In this document: positions 50,775 to 62,824 of the stretch, piece after piece
How positions within the stretch are numbered: position 1 is the stretch's first letter
How the letters are laid out: every line of letters begins with the position of its first letter
Assembly (NCBI GenBank): GCA_002269645.1
Contig: NIVC01000861.1
Coordinates: 310,001-374,000 of the forward strand
Length of the DNA: 64,000 nucleotides
Direction of reading: 5' to 3'
From: Macrostomum lignano
Taxonomy: Eukaryota
The notes under the pieces: generated by a model
The model's input: the letters and a program-made list of their open reading frames with translations, nothing else
Database searches by the model: none
Told to the model about the DNA's origin: nothing
Made by a program: the position numbers and the translations under genes

Positions 50775-51737
50775 AACTGCACTCGCACGCGCTTGCACTA
50801 CTGCCCTAAGTAGTTAGTAGTAGCTATTTAAATATTATCTGAGGTGACGGTCTGTTTTATGTATGAAATTTTCTTATCTTTTTTCCGTCCCTCGCTTTGG
50901 TAATAAAATATTTTATCATTTTCATGTCAGTGCCTTATAGCAGTAGAGAGTGCCTATTATATTTTTGATCTCTTCAACTTTATAACTTAATTATGGGTCT
51001 CGTGAAGGTGTTTAAATTTTTGAGCAGGAATTTTATTGCCTTCTACCTTCTGCGGCTGTTTTGTATAGTTCTGATATATTTATTTATTTTTCTATCATTT
51101 ACTTTTCGCGATTGCGTCATACTCATACTACTCACTTGATATATTGTAAGTAGTGTACGCTGCGTATGGATGTAAAAATTTATGCTTACATTTAATTTTG
51201 TCAGCTCTCATTTTGTCGTCACACTGTTCCTCTGTGAAGCCTTGACGCTTATTACAAATTTGATTATTTATTTTGCTAAAACTGTTTGTTTCTGCGCATT
51301 CCATTTTCTCTGAAGGATTTTAAAACTATATTTTTGGCGACATTTTCTGGCTGATTTTTTCTCTCGGTGCTTTGGTGTTCCCGATTAGGCAGAACAAATT
51401 GACATTTTTTGTTGGCGAGAAAAGTTCACTGCGTATTTTCTGTGTAGGATTAACTCTTATTAATTGTTGGCACCAAATCAGAAATTTGTTCTGTTCGACC
51501 AGAGATTGAATATTTTGTTTTCAAAGATTATTCATTTTTGTACCTGTATATTTCTTAGAATTTCCCTCTGCGCTCTATTTCTAATTAGCTTGGGCATCAG
51601 AGCCGCGGCAAACAATATAAAGGAATATTTTTCAACCCAACCCATCGGCTGGCGTCAGATTTTACTCGCATTGTGCAAACACTTGTTAGTGCCTTCCCAG
51701 TGTGTTGCGGCTTTTAGGGTTGCTTTCAGACATGCCG

Positions 51738-51864
51738 GCTGACAGACAGCAGACAGATACACAGACACACAGACAGAGACACACAGACAGACACACAGGC
51801 AGACAGACAGACAGACAGACAGACAGACACACAGACAGACACACAGACAGACACACAGACAGAC

Positions 51865-51909
<45 letters not shown>

Positions 51910-51942
51910 CACAGACACACAGACAGACAGACAGACAGACAC

Positions 51943-51991
<49 letters not shown>

Positions 51992-52218
51992 AAAACAGAC
52001 AAGCAGACAGACAGACAAACAAACAAACAAACAGGCAGACAGACAGACAGACAGACAGACAGAAGACAGACAGACAGACACACACACAGACAGACAGCAG
52101 ACACACAGACAGACAGACAGACAGAAAGAAAGACAGACAGACAGACAGACAGAAAAACAGACAAGCAGACAGACAGACAAACAAACAAACAGGCAGACAG
52201 ACAGACAGACAGACAGAA

Positions 52219-52285
<67 letters not shown>

Positions 52286-52332
52286 AAGACAGACAAAAAA
52301 ACAGACAAGCAGACAGACAGACAAACAAACAA

Positions 52333-52389
<57 letters not shown>

Positions 52390-52496
52390 AAGACAGACAA
52401 AAAAACAGACAAGCAGACAGACAGACAAACAAACAAACAGACAGACAGACAGAAAGACAGACAGACAGGCAGACAGACAGACAGACAGGCAGACAG
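51738..52496. repeat. Degenerate (CAGA)n/(CAAA)n microsatellite
   Basis: Directly visible. Confidence 0.95.
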
Positions 52497-52869
52497 GAGT
52501 ATTTGTGAACGTCAATATTAGTCCAGAAAAAGTAGCAAGAGCAGAAAAGCAGATTCTATTATTGTTCACAATCAAGCGCAATGTACAAAATGTTGCTCTT
52601 TATTCCGTGCGCAGAATGCCAATATATTTAGCAATGGATCGATACTGCCGGAGCTAATTTTAGGTTGAAAATTGGTACAAAAGGGATTGTAGTTGTAACC
52701 TCACTCGTAAATTCCTTCAAGCAAGCCTGCTCACACGTTAAAAGACGATTTCCTGTTTGTTCCCGTACTGTCATTTGCGGGTGCTGCAAGCTAAATTATG
52801 GACCCGCTGCATATAACCTGAATAATTTTATGACTGGCTTATGGATACCTTGAAATATGTCATTAAAAC

Positions 52870-54125
52870 TCCTAAATCTACAGTCAAAACTACCAAATCT
52901 ATCTAGAGTCAAAACTCACAAATCTACAGTCAAAACTCACAAATCTACAGTCAAAACTCCCAAATCTACAGTCTAAACTTTTAAATCTACAGTCAAAACT
53001 CTCAAAATTGTGGTAGAAACTGCCAAATCTAAAGCCAAAACTTCCAAATATACAGTCAAAACTCACTAAATTGCGGTAGAAACTGCCAAATCTAAAGCCA
53101 AAACTCCCAAATCTACAGTCAAAACTCACTAAATTGCGGTAGAAACTGCCAAATCTACAGCCAAAACTCCCAAATCTACAGTCAAAACTCATTAAATTGC
53201 GGTAGAAACTCACAAATCTACAGCCAAAACTCCCAAATCTACAGTCAAAACTCCCAAATCTACAGTCAAAACTCACTAAATTGCGGTAGAAACTGCCAAA
53301 TCTACAGCCAAAACTCCCAAATCTACAGTCAAAACTCATTAAATTGCGGTAGAAACTCACAAATCTACAGCCAAAACTCCCAAATCTACAGTCAAAACTC
53401 CCAAATCTACAGTCAAAACTCATTAAATTGCGGTAGAAACTCACAAATCTACAGCCAAAACTCCCAAATCTACAGTCAAAACTCCCAAATCTACAGTCAA
53501 AACTCACTAAATTGCGGTAGAAACTGCCAAATCTACAGCCAAAACTCACAAATCTACAGTCAAAACTCCCAAATCTACAGTCTAAACTTTTAAATCTACA
53601 GTCAAAACTCTCAAAATTGTGGTAGAAACTGCCAAATCTAAAGCCAAAACTCCCAAATCTACAGTCAAAACTCACTAAATTGCGGTAGAAACTGCCAAAT
53701 CTACAGCCAAAACTCCCAAATCTACAGTCAAAACTCATTAAATTGCGGTAGAAACTCACAAATCTACAGCCAAAACTCCCAAATCTACAGTCAAAACTCC
53801 CAAATCTACAGTCAAAACTCACTAAATTGCGGTAGAAACTGCCAAATCTACAGCCAAAACTCCCAAATCTACAGTCAAAACTCATTAAATTGCGGTAGAA
53901 ACTCACAAATCTACAGCCAAAACTCCCAAATCTACAGTCAAAACTCCCAAATCTACAGTCAAAACTCATTAAATTGCGGTAGAAACTCACAAATCTACAG
54001 CCAAAACTCCCAAATCTACAGTCAAAACTCCCAAATCTACAGTCAAAACTCACTAAATTGCGGTAGAAACTGCCAAATCTAAAGCCAATACTCCCAAAAT
54101 CTCCAGTCAAAACTTGAAAATCTCC
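52870..54125. repeat. 21-bp minisatellite AAATCTACAGTCAAAACTCCC with higher-order organisation
   Basis: Monomers periodically interrupted by AAATTGCGGTAGAAACT variants. Confidence 0.93.
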
Positions 54126-54230
54126 TGTGAAAACTTCAAAACTACAGGACAAACTGCTTTTGTCGCAAATGTTTCGTTCCGCAGGTAATCTCGCAGGGAG
54201 GCCGCAGACCGCGCTGATTTTGGAGCACCT

Positions 54231-56361
54231 TCACAGCACCAGCCTGCTCAGGCCCGCCATCAGGGCCGCACTGATGGCACCGCTGGCGGGCAGAGTGACC
54301 AGCCAGGCGATAATGATATTGCGAAATATCGACCATTCGACATTGTCACGGCTGCGAAAGAAGCCGACTAAGACTACGCTGCCAACTTTGCAGTGAGTTG
54401 TGCTGATTGGAATTCCGATGTTTGACGCAATCAGCACGGCCATGGCTGCCCCGAGCTCGATGCAGAATCCGCTGGAATGGGGTGGGGAGACTGGGACTTG
54501 GCTTTTGGCAATGTATACAGGATGTATGTATAGAAAGCAGACGACATAGTTTAGTAGCTAGAATAGATGACACAATGAATGACAAAAGAATAATGTAGGC
54601 TTTTTTTGGTAGACCATGGGGTAGACAGCTGGACAATAGAGAGTACTGTATAGATATCTGGCGATTGGGTAGATAGTTGGGTAGAGGATTGAGTATGTAA
54701 GACCGTGGGTTGAATTGCAGTGAATAACAAAACGTGAGGAGGCCTCACTGGCTCGCGCCAATATATTTAATGCCAAAGCTGGGGTGGGTGTAACCACCCT
54801 CAGCACGCACACGCCGCAGCGCTAAACCCCAACCCCCAAACCAGCCAGACGTGCACATCTAAGTGCACGCGCACCAACAAGCCAGACTACAAGTAGATAG
54901 TTGGGTAGAGGATTGAGTAGAGAGTTGGGTAGAGGATTGAGTAGATAGTTAAGTAGAGGATTGAGTAGACAGTTGGGTAGAGGATTGAGTAGACAGTTGG
55001 GTAAAGGATTGAGTAGACAGATCGGTAGAGGATTGAGAAGACAGTTGGGTAGAGGATTGAGTAGACAGTTGGGTAGAGGATTGAGTAGACAGTTGGGTAA
55101 AGGATTGAGTAGACAGTTGGGTAGAGGATTGAGAAGACAGTTGGGTAGAGGATTGAGTAGACAGTTGGTTAGACGATTAAGTAGAGACTTAGATAGAGGA
55201 TTGAGTAGACAGGATGGTATATGTGGACGACGGAATGTATAATGGTATAGTGTAGATAATAGAGTAGACACTAGGATAGACAATGAGATGGAGCTCACTC
55301 CAGACTCCACACCGAACTCACCTAGACGGTGTGATGGTGGTCAGATCCTCGCCCAGCGTCTGGATCACCCGCCTGCCCCAGATCCACAAGCCGATGCTGA
55401 TGCCGAAACCGCCGTAGACCAATATCCAAATCGGGGAGGCGACCTTCCCGGCGATATCCCCTGTGGTGGCCACAACCCACAGGCCGATCAGAGGTCCGAT
55501 AGCGTTGCTAACGTCGTTGCCGCCGTGAGCAAAGGCTCCAAAAATTGCCGTCAAAATTTGCAGCCAAGCAAAAATTCTAGCCTGCTCGGGTCGGTCAACG
55601 ATCGCCTTCTTGCTTTTATTATCAGCTTTGCCCCCTTTGGCGCCTTGCTGCTGCTCGGACTGGATTGGCTCCTCGTCTTCGGCGCTCTCAATCGGCTGCG
55701 GGCGGTTGTTGCCGTTTTTCTAGTTGCTATGCTGATTTAACAACTGGTAGATGGTTCCTTTTTAATCGTGGCGTCATAGTCTAAGTCAAGTGACGTCATA
55801 GTCTAATTGGGTGACGCCGCTGTCAAAGTGACGTCATAGTCTGATTTGGGTGCCGCCAATGTCTAAGTGACGTCATAGTCTAATTGGGTGACGCCACTGT
55901 CAAAGTGGCATCATGATCTGGTTGGGTGACGCCACAGTCTCTTCGTGGCGATTTCACTATTTAATTGAGTTAATCCACTATATAAATAAGTGACGCCATT
56001 GTCCTTTTAGATGACGTCACCATCTGATCATGTGACGTCACTATCTAGCAATCACGCACTAACTGATGAAACCAATGCAAAACAGCACTCTACCTCTTAA
56101 TAGACTGTAGGATACGTCAACATTAAAAATCAGGGGCTGACTAAAAGTTTTTTTTCTTATTTTTAACAGAAACACCTTCCATTACATTCAAACCAATTCA
56201 ATATACCTTGTACTTTGCCTTGCGCTGCTGAGTCGTGGAATCCGAATGGCTGCTCAACGCGACAGACGAGCCGGCTTCAGAAGGCGCATCAGCCACGGAC
56301 TCTTCTGGCGGATTGTCGCGGAGCTCGGCTGAGAAAACGTTAGGGAATATATTTGAGTGTT

Positions 56362-56458
<97 letters not shown>

Positions 56459-56474
56459 CAGTTGGTTCGTTAGC

Positions 56475-56510
<36 letters not shown>

Positions 56511-56554
56511 AAGTTAGTTAGTTAGTTAGTTAGTTAGTCAGTTGGTTCGTTAGC

Positions 56555-56596
<42 letters not shown>

Positions 56597-57003
56597 TTTA
56601 GTTAGTTAGTTAGTTAGTCAGTCAGTTAGTTAGTTAGTTAGTTAAGGGGGTTGTAGCCTAGTGGTTAGAGCGTCGGACTCACGACTTGAAGGTCGGGGGT
56701 TCGATTCCCGAATCCCACTGGAATAATTTGTGTCCTTAAGCAAGACACTTAATTCTGCATTGCTTCAGTTCACCCAGCTGTAAAATGGGTGCCAGCATTA
56801 GCTGGGGTAATTGAGGGGGTGTGTGGCGACCCCCAGTACTTGGACTGAACAGCCGTACGCAGCCTTCAGATGCGCCGCGCAATAGCTGCGGCTGAGCTGT
56901 CGGTTGCACATCTGGACATTAGGGCAGGTGTAATCAGTTATATGTAATATATATATATATATATGTTTGTTTGTTTGTTTGTTTGTTTGTTTGTTTGTTT
57001 GTC

Positions 57004-57042
<39 letters not shown>

Positions 57043-60000
57043 GAGTTAGTTAGCTAGTTATTCAGTCAGTCAGTTAGTTACTAAGATAATTAGGTAGACA
57101 GCTATAGTTACCAAGCTAGATAGTCTGATAACTAGTTAGTACATACTATACTCACCAATAATTCGTTTCCGCTGCCATGGAATGAGGACCAGTTTCACCA
57201 GAATCGAGCAGATGATTCCAACGCCAAACGAGGCTAAGATGGCTCCCCACAATGGGATCACGTGGAAGTAGAGGCCTGGGGTTTTTAATAATTGTTTCAG
57301 AAGTTTTTCTCGGACTATTCTTTGGCACTAATGAAGTTCAGAAGCAGAATGTTAATAACTCACTCTCAGGTCCTTCGTACACGGTTGAGAATACGTTGAT
57401 AGCGATGGTGACACTGTAGATTAGTGGCAGGAATCGGAGTCCAGGTTCCAGTGCATCTGGCTGCGAGTGGGGTGGATAGGTAGGAAATAGGTTTGGTAAA
57501 AAAATTAGGATAGATAGTAGGTAGGTAGTTGGGTAGTTAAATAGTTAGATAGGTAGGTAGGTAGGTACATGTAGGTAATGAAAATAATTGATTACACCTG
57601 CCTTAATGGGATTTGCAACCGACAGCTCAGCCGCAGCTATTGCGCGGCGCATCTGAAGGCTGCGTACGGCTGTTCAGTCCAAGGACTGGGGGGTCGCCAC
57701 ACACCCTCAATTACCCCAGCTAATGCTGGCACCCATTTTACAGCTGGGTGAACTGAAGCAATGCAGAATTAAGTGTCTTGCTCAAGGACACTAATTGTTC
57801 TAGTGGGATCGGGAATCGAACCCCCGACCTTCAAGTCGTGAGTCCGACGCTCTAACCACTAGGCTGCAACATTTTAGGTAGGTAGGCCAGGTCAGGTAGG
57901 TAAACAGTATAGGTAGTTAGGTAGGAGGGTAGGTATGTAGGTAGGTAGGTAGGTAGGTAGGTCAGGTCAGGTCAGGTCAGGTCAGGTAGGTAGGTGGGTG
58001 GGCAGGTGCTTCTATAGACATATCCGCTCAGCATATTTTAAAAATTTTCATGAGTGAGCAATGCTGAGTTATTAGTTAGACAAATAAAAAATACATTTAT
58101 AAAGCTTTATAATCACCTTTGTTAGGATGAAGACTTTAATAAAGTAGAACAGGGCTATGGAAATTCCGCCACTCAGCAGGGGCGAAATGAACCAGGAGGC
58201 CACTGAAAATCGGATAAGTCAATATGATTACCTAAAAATAATAAAACTTGGCTATAACTAAAATTCTTACACAATTGGCTAACAAAAAAGTTTTAAGCTG
58301 TAAAACGATAAGATCCGCTGAAATTTGAGCTATTTGAGAGCACAGAGAGCTATACGAGAAAAATTTAAAATAAGTCTGACTAGCAAAGACCTAAGCGTTT
58401 ATTAGAAACCAGCTTCCCCCGACCAGATAATCTGATTCAGAACTCCATGGCTCCAAAATTGCAGATGGTACAAAACACCCTGTAGCCCTGCGATTTTCCA
58501 GACCGCTTGGTCCGACATGCACAATTCGAAATTGAGTTTTCAACTGTTGAATTAAACTTTTTCCAAACTGCATGACGAACGAATAAGTGGGTGGGGGGGG
58601 GGTGCGCTGCTGAAATGAGATAAGCCTGGTTTGAATACAGCTTGAATCAGACTGCGCTTAGATACAAGCTCTAAAACCGTGCAAGGGTATTCTTCAAACT
58701 GATAAAGGAATGCCATTGAAGTGTCAGTTCTCCTGTCAAGCTGTCATCTCCTATCGTGATTTAAGGATTGCCTATCCTGACCCAAGAATTGCCTATCCTG
58801 ACCCAAGAATCTCTCATCCTGATCCAAGAATTGCCTATCCTGACCCGAGAATTGCCTGTCCTGACCCAAGAATCTCTCATCCTGACCCAAGAATCTCTCA
58901 TCCTGACCCAAGAATCTCTCATCCTGACCCAAGAATCTCTCATCCTGATCAAGAATTGCCTATCCTGACCCGAGAATTGCCTGTCCTGACCCAAGAATCT
59001 CTCATCTTGACCCAAGAATCTCTCATCCTGACCCAAGAATTGCCTATCCTGACCCGAGAATTGCCTGTCCTGACCCAAGAATCTCTCATCCTGACCCAAG
59101 AATCTCTCATCCTGACCCAAGAATCTCTCATCCTGACCCAAGAATCTCTCATCCTGACCCAAGAATTGCCTATCCTGACCCAAGAATCTCTCATCCTGAC
59201 CCAAGAATTGCCAATCCTGACCCAAGAATTGCCTATCCTGACCCAAGAATTGCCCATCCTGACCCAAGAATTGCCTATCCTGACCCAAGAATCTCTCATC
59301 CTGACCCAAGAATTGCCTATCCTGACCCAAGAATCTCTCATCCTGACCCAAGAATTGCCTATCCTGACCCAAGAATCGCCTATCCTGACCCAAGAATCTC
59401 CCTTCCTGACCCAAGAATTGCCTATCCTGACCCGAGAATTGCCTGTCCTGACCCAAGAATCTCTCATCCTGACCCAAGAATTGCCTATCCTGACCGAGAA
59501 TTGCCTGTCCTGACCCAAGAATCTCTCATCCTGACCCAAGAATCTCTCATCCTGACCCAAGAATCTCTCATCCTGACCCAAGAATTGCCTATCCTGACCC
59601 AAGAATCTCTCATCCTGATCCAAGAATTGCCCATCCTGACCCAAGAATTGCGTATCCTGACCCAAGAATCTCTCATCCTGACCCAAGAATTGCCTATCCT
59701 GACCCAAGAATCGCCTATCCTGACCCAAGAATCTCCCTTCCTGACCCAAGAATCGCCTATCCTGATCCAAGAATTGCCTATCCTGACCCAAGAATCTCCC
59801 ACCCTGAGACAAAGCAACTAGCTGCAGCATCTCCCAATTGGAAGCTGTCACCACTTACCGATGAGGCCCAACCGGGCCCAGTCCACTCCTGTCTGCGCGT
59901 TGGCCACAAGAGCGAAGCCCACGGTGGCGCCAACAATGGAGTGAGTGCCGGACACGGGCACACGAAAGAACGTAGCAACCAGCAGCCAGATGCAGGTGCC

Positions 60001-60336
60001 AGAGAGGCTGGACAGCTGGCCTATCATGAGCAGCTGAGATCCGGTTGTACTAGTCCCATTATTATTCAATTCAACGTAATAGTCGGTGTCTATGATGCCT
60101 TTTCGAATTGTCTCGGACACTTTCGCACCGAGTAGGACGGCACCGGCTGTCTCAAATATTGTTGCCAGAATGCAAGCCTGCTTCAACGTCAGCACCTTGG
60201 AGCCGACCGACGTACCAAAACTGTTAGCAACGTCGTTCGCCCCGATGCCGAAGGCTAGTACGAAAGCGATGATAAACCCCAGCACCACAATCCAGAGGTA
60301 CTCCTCCGGGATTCCTAGAAAGCCGCTGGTGGTCAT
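54231..60336 (-). CDS. SLC20A1: Sodium-dependent inorganic phosphate transporter, SLC20/PiT family, 513 aa
   Basis: Exons 60336-59859, 58202-58117, 57460-57364, 57275-57156, 56328-56207, 55719-55322, 54471-54231 (1542 nt, phases consistent). Signature motifs GANDVAN and [34 protein letters not shown]. Orthology to A1 versus A2 is not resolvable. A 5'UTR intron probably spans 60377-60662. Confidence 0.92.
54890..55212. repeat. SLC20 intronic minisatellite, 24-bp unit GGGTAGAGGATTGAGTAGACAGTT
   Basis: Directly visible. Confidence 0.92.
55768..56042. repeat. Degenerate repeat containing five TGACGTCA palindromes
   Basis: TGACGTCA at 55791, 55829, 55868, 56012 and 56033, plus TGACGCC variants. 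Confidence 0.7.
56362..56645. repeat. (TTAG)n microsatellite
   Basis: Directly visible; continues after the SINE at about 57000-57080. Confidence 0.95.
56646..56937 (+). mobile_element. tRNA-derived SINE with MIR/CORE-like central domain (copy 1)
   Basis: Pol III A box TAGCCTAGTGG, B box GGTTCGATTCC; central GTGTCCTTAAGCAAGACACTTAA...CAGTT...CTGTAAAATGGG; second copy nearby. Confidence 0.88.
57589..57870 (-). mobile_element. tRNA-derived SINE (copy 2, inverted relative to copy 1)
   Basis: Its reverse complement aligns with copy 1 over nearly the full length with only scattered differences; flanked by (GTAG)n. Confidence 0.88.
58755..59800. repeat. SLC20 intron-1 minisatellite, 21-bp unit CCTGACCCAAGAATCTCTCAT / CCTGACCCAAGAATTGCCTAT
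   Basis: About 50 units. Confidence 0.95.
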
Positions 60337-61539
60337 TGTTTCTCAATGGTGGCTTCTAGCCGAAACAATTCCCAGTCTAAAGAGAGAAGAAGCGGAAAAG
60401 CTCAAACACAACGTTGTTTTATGTTTCACTTTGCAAACGGTACAAAATCTAGCTACCTATTTGACCAATGGGTGAGGCCGCGTGTATCAGAGGTCGGGCT
60501 CGAATCTCAGATAGATAAAAAAATAACAATCGATAAAGAGCAGCTCTAGCGGCTCTACAAGCGGGGAGGGTCGGTCAAAATGACACGCGTTGCTTGACGC
60601 GCTGTTTGCAATCGCACTTTGCACTCGGCCAGATCGTGACAAGCCCGAGCAAGAACACTTACGCCAAAGTTAGGCGTAGTATAGGGTTTTCGCGAGCTAA
60701 GGGAGACACTTCTTTCCAGCAATCTGAAATACCGGGTACCGAGTAGATACGCATGTCTATGGTCAAAACCGTACGGTCTATGGCAAAGTGACAGACTCTT
60801 TTTTAACTAAAGTTTCCCTCGTGGGAAATGACTTCAGCGCATGGGTCCCGTGCTAAAGAATACTCTTAACTCCTAAATCCTTAAGAGCGTCCTAACTCCT
60901 AGCTTCTAGATTAAGGTTTGTCGCGTGCTATTGAATAAGGAGTGGGGAGTTGGAGCTAGGAGTTGCTGTTTTCAAGAGTAGATTTTAGGAGCGCGTGTCC
61001 TAGAAGGATATAAAGAAGGAGCGACTTACATTTCTAGCTCCCAACTCCTAGTTAAGATTTCAAGGGATAAATTTTACTCTTAGGTTGATAGGAGTGTCAT
61101 TGCTTACAGGATATGGAACAAGTACAGTGGAACCGGCCACATGCATGAAATAACTCGTGGCTGACAGAAGGCCGGCTCACAAAAGCTGCATGGACGCTGG
61201 ACGATTGATCATATTGTGCAGCGAACTCCGTACGTCACATCCGGCTACAACAGAACTGCCTCAAAAGCTGGGTCATTTCTGAACCCACAGCAGCACGGGA
61301 CGTTGAGCATCATGATGATTGCTCTGAAAATGGCTACCAGAGACGTACATTAGGGCTTGCTGGCTTGCTGGTGAATGCCCGAAATGTGATGGAAGCCAGG
61401 CGCGGCAGAATTTTATTCACTGACAGGACTGCCGACAACCTATGGACCGGAAAACACCTAACTTGCCTATGTCTCACTTAGATTGCAGTGCAAAATACAA
61501 TACTAGTAGAAAACCTGATACTAAAAGAATAATAATCTT

Positions 61540-62412
61540 AGTGGGCGCCCTGCCTCTAGGTAGGCGCCCCTGTCTCTTGGTGGGCGCCCCTGTCTCTTGA
61601 TGGGCGCCCCTGTCTCTTGGTGGGCGCCACTGTCTCTTGGTGGGCGCCCCTGTCTCTTGATGGGCGCCCCTGTCTCTTGATGGGCGCCCCTGTCTCTTGA
61701 TGGGCGCCCCTGTCTCTTGGTGGGCGCCCCTGTCTCTTGGTGGGCGCTCCTGACTCTTGGTGGGCGACCCTGTCTCTAGGTAGGCGCCCCTGTCTCTTGG
61801 TGGCGCCCCTGTCTCTTGATGGGCGCCCTGTCTCTTGGTGGGCGCCCCTGTCTCTTGGTGGGCGCCCCTGTCTCTTGATGGGCGCCCCTGTCTCTTGATG
61901 GGCGCCCCTGTCTCTTGATGGGCGCCCCTGTCTCTTGGTGGGCGCCCCTGTCTCTTGGTGGGCGCTCCTGACTCTTGGTGGGCGACCCTGTCTCTTGGTG
62001 GGCGCCCCTGTCTCTTGATGGGCGCCCCTGTCTCTTGGTGGGCGCCCCTGTCTCTTGATGGGCGCCCCTGTCTCTTGGTGAGCGCCCCTGTCTCTTGGTG
62101 GGCGCCCCTGTCTCTTGGTGGGCGCCCCTGTCTCTTGGTGGGCGCCCCTGCCTCTTGATGGGCGCCCCTGTCTCTTGGTGGGCGCCCCTGCCTCTTGATG
62201 GGCGCCCCTGTCTCTTGGTGGGTGCCCCGTCTCTTGGTGGGCGCCCTGTCTTTTGGTGGGCGCCCCTGTCTCTTGATGGGCACCCCTGTCTCTTGGAGGG
62301 CGCCACTGTCTCTTGATGGGCGCCCCTGTCTCTTGGTGGGCGCCCCTGTCTCTTGATGGGCGCCCCTGTCTCTTGGTGGCGCCCCTGTCTCTTGGCGGGC
62401 GCCCCTGTCTCA
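61540..62412. repeat. GC-rich minisatellite, 20-bp unit TGGGCGCCCCTGTCTCTTGG/A
   Basis: About 43 units. Confidence 0.95.
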
Positions 62413-62824
62413 CTAAAAGTAAAATAAAGTGGTAAAACTCTGCCTTCAAATGAAAAATTCTGGCTTTGTTTGATGCTGAGATATTAGAAAAGGATAATAA
62501 TTATTATTATTCTACACAATTAAGCTAGGCTTGCAGATTATGTTTATTAAATACTAAACATTGTCGCCATAGGAGCAGAGTGAAGTATTTTGCAACATTT
62601 CAAAGCCAGTTTCAATTGCAATAGGAGTACATGAATGAAATAAAGTACTTTTTCAAGGAAAACATGCTGTCTGTTAAAAGTGCACTGGAAACAAGGAAAC
62701 TTGTACAACTAGGAGTGCAAGACAAAACTGATTCAGCTGAAGAAACAAATAAAAAGAAAAAAAACAGAAAGAAACAGAAAATAACAGTCAAAAGTCGTCA
62801 AGGAAAAGCAATTTAATTACAAAT

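Noticed and set aside
51655-54152. Long ORFs (VCLS/RQTD and FDCRFGS repeats)
   Set aside because: These are translations of stop-free microsatellite and minisatellite units with no unique coding sequence or splice context.
56362-56645. Telomeric repeat
   Set aside because: The unit is TTAG (4 bp), not TTAGGG or TTAGG, and it is internal to an intron.
56646-56710. tRNA gene (A/B boxes, CAC anticodon-like loop)
   Set aside because: The anticodon stem is imperfect, there is no acceptor-stem closure or T-run terminator, and the sequence continues into a body shared with the second copy. It is a SINE head.
58710-59854. ILTQE / FLGQD repeat ORFs
   Set aside because: They come from the 21-bp intronic minisatellite of SLC20.
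60845-61075. Short inverted CTCCTA/TAGGAG motifs suggesting a MITE
   Set aside because: No clear terminal TIR pair or TSD could be defined.
61474-62449. RQGRPPRDRGAHQETGAP repeat ORFs
   Set aside because: They come from a 20-bp tandem repeat and are open in several frames.
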